Below, piece after piece: positions 59,400 through 64,000 of a stretch of DNA of 64,000 bases. The notes beneath the pieces are model-generated. The model worked only from the letters and a program-made list of their open reading frames with translations. It was not told the origin of the DNA and made no database searches. Position numbers and translations under genes: made by a program. Positions within the stretch are counted from its first letter, which is position 1. Each line of letters opens with the position of its first letter. Where the stretch lies: the sequence record SRR20825019_647, one strand, 5' to 3'.

Positions 59400-59951
59400 T
59401 TAGGCGTCCGGATCATGTGATGGGGGCTCGATTTTGACGACGGTTTGCACGGCAATTTTTTTATAATCCTCGTAACTAAACGTAAATTCCTGAGCAAAGG
59501 TCCAGTTTGCTTCCAAAGATTTGGCCACCTTGGTCGCGATCTGTCTAATCCGTGGTTTGGATTTGGTTAAGGTGAAGAAATATTTGCGATTGTTGTAGTC
59601 CAGATACACCTGATCGTTATCCACATAGCAAACGGCGTGACCGATGTTTTTCCCCATCATTTCCACTCGGATGAGCCGGGTGTTATAGTGATGATGCGTC
59701 AGCACATGATCCGCGAGGACCGCGTAGTCAATGCAGTCTCCTGCGCGGCGGGATAGAAACTGCTTGGGGTTCTGGACATCGAATATATGTTTTTCGAATC
59801 GAAAATTTTCAAAGTAGTTCGCAAACCTCTTCGGCGACATTTTGCGATGGTTTAGCAATTGTTCCATCGAGAGGGCATGCATCGTTGAGCAAAAGGTCAT
59901 CAACGTGATGACCAAGACTCCGGCGCGGTAACGACTGCTCCCCAATAGCAT
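59400..59951 (-). CDS. Exported transglutaminase-like cysteine-protease-fold protein
   Basis: Signal peptide; GDCIDYA, GHAVC, YLDYN giving a Cys-His-Asp triad. Confidence 0.7.
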   Translation of the reverse strand: MLLGSSRYRAGVLVITLMTFCSTMHALSMEQLLNHRKMSPKRFANYFENFRFEKHIFDVQNPKQFLSRRAGDCIDYAVLADHVLTHHHYNTRLIRVEMMGKNIGHAVCYVDNDQVYLDYNNRKYFFTLTKSKPRIRQIATKVAKSLEANWTFAQEFTFSYEDYKKIAVQTVVKIEPPSHDPDA

Positions 59952-60003
59952 GAGACTGTTATGGCGTCTCAGATGACGAACTCCAGAGTTATATACGTGT
60001 GCT

Positions 60004-62289
60004 TTATCCGTCTATTCCGTGGAGCCAGTGATGAAAGGCCCGGAGCTGGGGCATCGTTCCAACGATGAGAAGATTGTCGCCGGCATGCACGATCTGATTG
60101 GCATCGGGGTTAATGATTCGTTCTCCCTCACGCTGGATGCCGATGACGCGGGCACCGGTGTGGCGGGCGATTTGAAGTTCAGAGAGCGTTTTTCCGTGAT
60201 GTCCGCCTTCAGGCAGAATTTCGGTTTGAAGGATGGTGCTGCCGAACTTTTCGATTTCTCCCCCGTGGGAGAGGATGCTTCCTTGCAGGAAGGTGCGCAC
60301 TGCGGCGAGGTCCGCTTCCTTGCCGAGAATCAGGAGCTTGTCCCCGGGATAGATCCGCAGATCCGGTGAGGTCTTCGTGATGACGTAGCCATTGCGCTCG
60401 ATCTCGATTACCGAGCATCCGAAGCGGGAAGGGAAGGCCAATTGAGCCAGATCCTGGCCCGCGTATTCCGCGTGGTCGGGCACGTATTGATCTTCCAAAC
60501 GCAGGCTCCACGATTCGAGTCCCTGATGAAGGGCTGCCCGGTTTGTGTCGCGCGGGGCAGGGGTGTCCTGATTAGTGACGAAGACATCCTGCAGTGAAGC
60601 CTGCCACGAGCTATGCCAAAAAATGAGTCGGTTGGATCCGATGCGCACGACGATCAAAGCGGTTAAAATGATGACACCCCAACCCCAAAGCGGCAGCGCA
60701 TTGACCGGCAGGATCAGATACAACCAGTAACCCAACAGTGCCGCCGCCACCGCTCGAATACCCTGTTCGATCATCCCATCGATCAGCGCGGAATTCTGAG
60801 AACTGATTTCCTGCGAGAGGATCATCGCGATGACGATGATGTTGCGCCAGATCGCCAGCAGGAGAATCAGCGCGAGAAGCCCGACGACTCCCCAGAAGCT
60901 GTAGTTGAGCATGGTCGGATCCATCAACTCCGGATCGATCAACTGTTGGACGAGGGCCAGCAGTTGCGGTGAAAAAATTAACAATCCGCTGACGAAGAGC
61001 ATTTCGATGCCGATTTGCGCGAAACGTCGTTGCACTAGTTTCCGGGCGACAGCTTCGGTTTCGCGATTCTGGAGCTGCTCAATCCAGCCATGATAGGCCT
61101 CGAGTCCTCGAAGTAACCATTGCGGATGACAGCGTTCGATGAAGGTCGCGATACCCTCCGCATGACGATTGATCAGGGGCGTGCTCAATACCGTGAGTAG
61201 CGAAACGCCGACTGCGAGTGGGTAGTAGGATGGAGGGAGCACGGCTTTCGAGACTCCGAGCTGGGCGATGATGAACGAAAATTCACCCAAGGGACTGAGC
61301 AATAAACTGGCACGGCGGGCTTCTTTCGGAGCGGTGCCACAGAGCGTCATTGCCAATCCGCAGGCGAGCGGCCGGGCGATCATGACAAAAGCAAAGAGAC
61401 CGAAAACCCATGGCCACACGTCGACGAGTAAACGCACATCAATCATCATCCCGATCGAAACGAAGAATACGCTGCTGAAGACATCGCGCATGCCGTCGAA
61501 CGATTTTTCGACGCGTGATTTTTGGGGCATCTCGGCCACAATCGCGCCGAGGAGGAAGGCTCCCAATGCGAGCGAATAACCGGCCTTGGCGGCGGCGATC
61601 GCGAGGATAAAGAGGATGCCTGCGACAATGATGGTTTGCAGTTCCGGATCGGCCCGGGTCTCGAGTCGACGAAAGAGTCTCGGCACAAGCCACAGGCCCG
61701 CGCCGATGAGCAGCGCGACGAAAGCGCTCATGACCGCCAGCAAAGTGCCGACGTTGGTTTCGCCACTCTGACCCTGACTGGCCAAAATCGTGAGCATCAC
61801 GACTGCCACCACGTCTTCCATCACGGTGATCCCCATCGCGCGCTGGGCAGCGCCATCGTGATTGAGTTTTAGCTCATCGACGATTTTTCCGATCACGGCC
61901 GAGCTGGAGACCATGAACATCCCGGCGATAAACAGACTCTGGGTGGAGCTCCATCCCACCGCACTGCCCAGCATCTGGGTGAAGTTGAGCACGAAAAATG
62001 AACCGAGACCGGTGGCCAGCAGCGTGGGCAATCCCATCCGGCCCAACTTGGTCAGACTCAGACCGAGCCCGATGCCGAACATCAGAAAAACCAGTCCGAG
62101 CTGGGAAAGCGTTTGAATCCGATCCACGTCGGTCAAATACGAGAACGGTGGCGTATACGGTCCGATGACGATTCCGGCCGCCAGATAGCCGACAATGACC
62201 GACAACCCGACCCGCTTGCACAGCACTCCGGCGATGCCCGCTGCCAGCAGCACGATGGCGAGGTCTTGAATGAAATTAATGCCGTCCAT
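60004..62289 (-). CDS. CPA2 cation:proton antiporter with two TrkA-C (RCK-C) domains
   Basis: GYLAAGIVIGP, MEDVVAV, FFVSIGM, GEFSFII; C-terminal GD.LLI.G repeats. Confidence 0.9.
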   Translation of the reverse strand: MDGINFIQDLAIVLLAAGIAGVLCKRVGLSVIVGYLAAGIVIGPYTPPFSYLTDVDRIQTLSQLGLVFLMFGIGLGLSLTKLGRMGLPTLLATGLGSFFVLNFTQMLGSAVGWSSTQSLFIAGMFMVSSSAVIGKIVDELKLNHDGAAQRAMGITVMEDVVAVVMLTILASQGQSGETNVGTLLAVMSAFVALLIGAGLWLVPRLFRRLETRADPELQTIIVAGILFILAIAAAKAGYSLALGAFLLGAIVAEMPQKSRVEKSFDGMRDVFSSVFFVSIGMMIDVRLLVDVWPWVFGLFAFVMIARPLACGLAMTLCGTAPKEARRASLLLSPLGEFSFIIAQLGVSKAVLPPSYYPLAVGVSLLTVLSTPLINRHAEGIATFIERCHPQWLLRGLEAYHGWIEQLQNRETEAVARKLVQRRFAQIGIEMLFVSGLLIFSPQLLALVQQLIDPELMDPTMLNYSFWGVVGLLALILLLAIWRNIIVIAMILSQEISSQNSALIDGMIEQGIRAVAAALLGYWLYLILPVNALPLWGWGVIILTALIVVRIGSNRLIFWHSSWQASLQDVFVTNQDTPAPRDTNRAALHQGLESWSLRLEDQYVPDHAEYAGQDLAQLAFPSRFGCSVIEIERNGYVITKTSPDLRIYPGDKLLILGKEADLAAVRTFLQGSILSHGGEIEKFGSTILQTEILPEGGHHGKTLSELQIARHTGARVIGIQREGERIINPDANQIVHAGDNLLIVGTMPQLRAFHHWLHGIDG

Positions 62290-62365
62290 GGATCATTTAA
62301 GGGAGAAGTCTTCGGGGTGTTGGTTAGCGGAAAATTTTGAGACTGCCCTATTAAAGATAAGAGGG

Positions 62366-62404
62366 AATTAAATACGAGCCCCCGGAGAAAAATCCGGGGG
62401 CTCG
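62366..62404 (-). terminator. Probable terminator after the small membrane protein gene
   Basis: CGAGCCCCCGGA-N6-TCCGGGGGCTCG perfect 12-bp stem, AT-rich tail on minus strand. Confidence 0.65.
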
Positions 62405-62409
62405 CAGGT

Positions 62410-62610
62410 TTATTTCCGGCGACGATCGATCAGCGCACCGATGATGTAACCCAAGACGCCCAACGTGGCCGTGTTCGAGAGCCAATGGCCTGCAAAGAGG
62501 CTCAGGACCAAGCCGACGACGGCTCCGCTGAGAGCGCCCCAGGAAGCATAGAGAGCATCGTCTTCCGGTGGGGTGGTTTTTTTTGGTTCTGTGTGTTTCT
62601 GAAAAGTCAT
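62410..62610 (-). CDS. Small glycine-zipper-like membrane protein
   Basis: GALSGAVVG and GVLGYIIGALID hydrophobic segments. Confidence 0.65.
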   Translation of the reverse strand: MTFQKHTEPKKTTPPEDDALYASWGALSGAVVGLVLSLFAGHWLSNTATLGVLGYIIGALIDRRRK

Positions 62611-63230
62611 GACTAGTAGTGATTGTGATCCTCCTCGCTTCAGGTGTGGGGGATCGGTTGAGTAGGGATAGGAGACCGGCCCGCGGGATCGTGATGATTC
62701 GATGATCAGGAAAGCTCCTCAGTTTACGCCGCGTATCGCGGGCGTTGCCTCTCCGGACTACTTTAAATTCTCAGAACAATGGTCCCCACCCAGGGAGACT
62801 TTGGCAGGGAAGGCGCCGGTGAGCCGGGATGAATCTCAAGTCCGGGTTTCCGGATACTTAGAGTTGCCGACTTGCCGGGCTGCCACCCGCTGGTGTCCTT
62901 GGCCAATTCACGTGAGGCGGGTGTGCTTTTGCCGAATCCGCTATCGTGAATCAACGCCAGATCAGAGCTGTCGTGCGAGAGCTTCTCCCACGTTCCGTAA
63001 CCCTGATTCAACGGCGTGAGGCTTCGTTCTGTCGGGAGCATCGCACTTAGAAGCATGATGGCCAGACAGACGACGAGGGGCCGTTGCAGGACTCGGGATC
63101 TCAGACTCACAGCGCACAAAGGGCGCGCCCGGATCGTATTGTCAATGGCGGGATTTTGTTGGTTTGGCGGATAAAGGTTCGTCAGCCCTATCAGTGGGGT
63201 TAGCTTGGATTTCCCCCTTCTTTTGTGACC

Positions 63231-64000
63231 ATGAATACCCCGCTTTTCCCGACTCGCACCCTCTACGCTCCCGGCCATTTCGGAAATGGTTACGAAATGA
63301 TGGGGGATAACGAATTTCGCCGCCTGCTGACCGAGTGGAAGCGTTGGGGGTTTAACGAATATTCCGACTGGTTTGATCCCGTGAATTGTGAGGATCCCTA
63401 CACGAGCTTTCTCTACGATTTTGGCAATGCCCAGGTCGATGCGAAGAAACGCCGGTTTGCAATCGCTCAGAAAATGGGACTGCCCTGCGTCCTGTTGATC
63501 ACCCCCAACATGGTGTTTCAGAAGCAATGTCTGCCCGAAGTCGAGGCGGTGAAAACGGAGCGGATTTTCGGCCAGTTGGTTTGTCCCTCGAAACCCGCCG
63601 GCCGGGAGATTATTCTACGCAATCATGAGAACTGGTTTCGCGATTTGGCGGAAGCAGGCGTCTCTTTGCATGCGCTCACCGCTTGCCCGTATGATTTCGG
63701 CGGCTGTGCCTGTGACGATTGCCGTCCGTGGATCATCACATTTGCGGAACTCTGTCGCGAGCTGCATGCGATTGCGGAAAAATACCATCCGGGAATCGAG
63801 ATGCGGATGGTGGGGTGGTGGTGGGAAGCCGAGGAGCATCGGTTGTTCGCCGACTGGGCTGATGCTCATGCGCCGGGTTGGGTGAAGAGTCTGGCCCAGC
63901 ATATTCCCTATACCGATTGCGATGTGGCCGACGTGCCCCTGCCGAAAGGGTGTGAACGTCAGGCCTTCATTCACATTTGCTATGCCGAGGAAGCCGAACC
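63231..64000 (+). CDS. Hypothetical protein, truncated by window end (absent from the ORF track)
   Basis: Hand translation MNTPLFPTRTLYAPGHFGNGYEMMGD...CPYDFGGCACDDCRPW..., open to the window end. Confidence 0.75.
   Translation, partial: MNTPLFPTRTLYAPGHFGNGYEMMGDNEFRRLLTEWKRWGFNEYSDWFDPVNCEDPYTSFLYDFGNAQVDAKKRRFAIAQKMGLPCVLLITPNMVFQKQCLPEVEAVKTERIFGQLVCPSKPAGREIILRNHENWFRDLAEAGVSLHALTACPYDFGGCACDDCRPWIITFAELCRELHAIAEKYHPGIEMRMVGWWWEAEEHRLFADWADAHAPGWVKSLAQHIPYTDCDVADVPLPKGCERQAFIHICYAEEAE

Noticed and set aside
62763-63974. Minus-strand ORFs 62763-63527 and 63615-63974
   Set aside because: Largely antisense to the more protein-like plus-strand gene from 63231; a short exported peptide at about 62763-63110 cannot be excluded but is unsupported.

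Overview
GC-rich bacterial chromosomal window; gene content and protein style suggest Verrucomicrobiota/Opitutaceae (inference). In order: ptsN-like EIIA, gyrA, gyrB, a C4 zinc-ribbon protein and RNase P RNA (rnpB); a 9.6-kb minus-strand locus with two tandem sensor kinase/NarL-type regulator pairs followed by two tandem PilV/PilW/PilX-like minor-pilin triplets; rpsT, addBA-like genes, an uncalled 31-aa bS22/COX24-like ORF and a divergent pilMNOP(Q)-like secretin operon; housekeeping/metabolic genes (polyprenyl synthase, ECF sigma pair, fumC and class I fumarase, kdsD-like, chrA, a very large PFOR, sufS/sufU); then an accessory-looking region (AraC-linked oxidoreductase/dioxygenase/aminotransferase/amidase cluster, AbrB-PIN toxin-antitoxin pair, ROK, SIS, core MetE, sialidase-like, kinase-less CHASE3-PAS sensor, CPA2 antiporter) with REP/MITE-like intergenic repeats. 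The standout is ORF 11598-12704: a complete REC + LuxR-HTH response regulator fused in frame to a type IV prepilin with an intact G|FSLVE cleavage motif, so the transcription factor occupies the place of the pilin leader peptide and could be released from the membrane by prepilin peptidase. The junction needs read-level confirmation because one indel could split it. No rRNA, tRNA, CRISPR array or transposase was recognised. All calls are by motif recognition; no searches were run.
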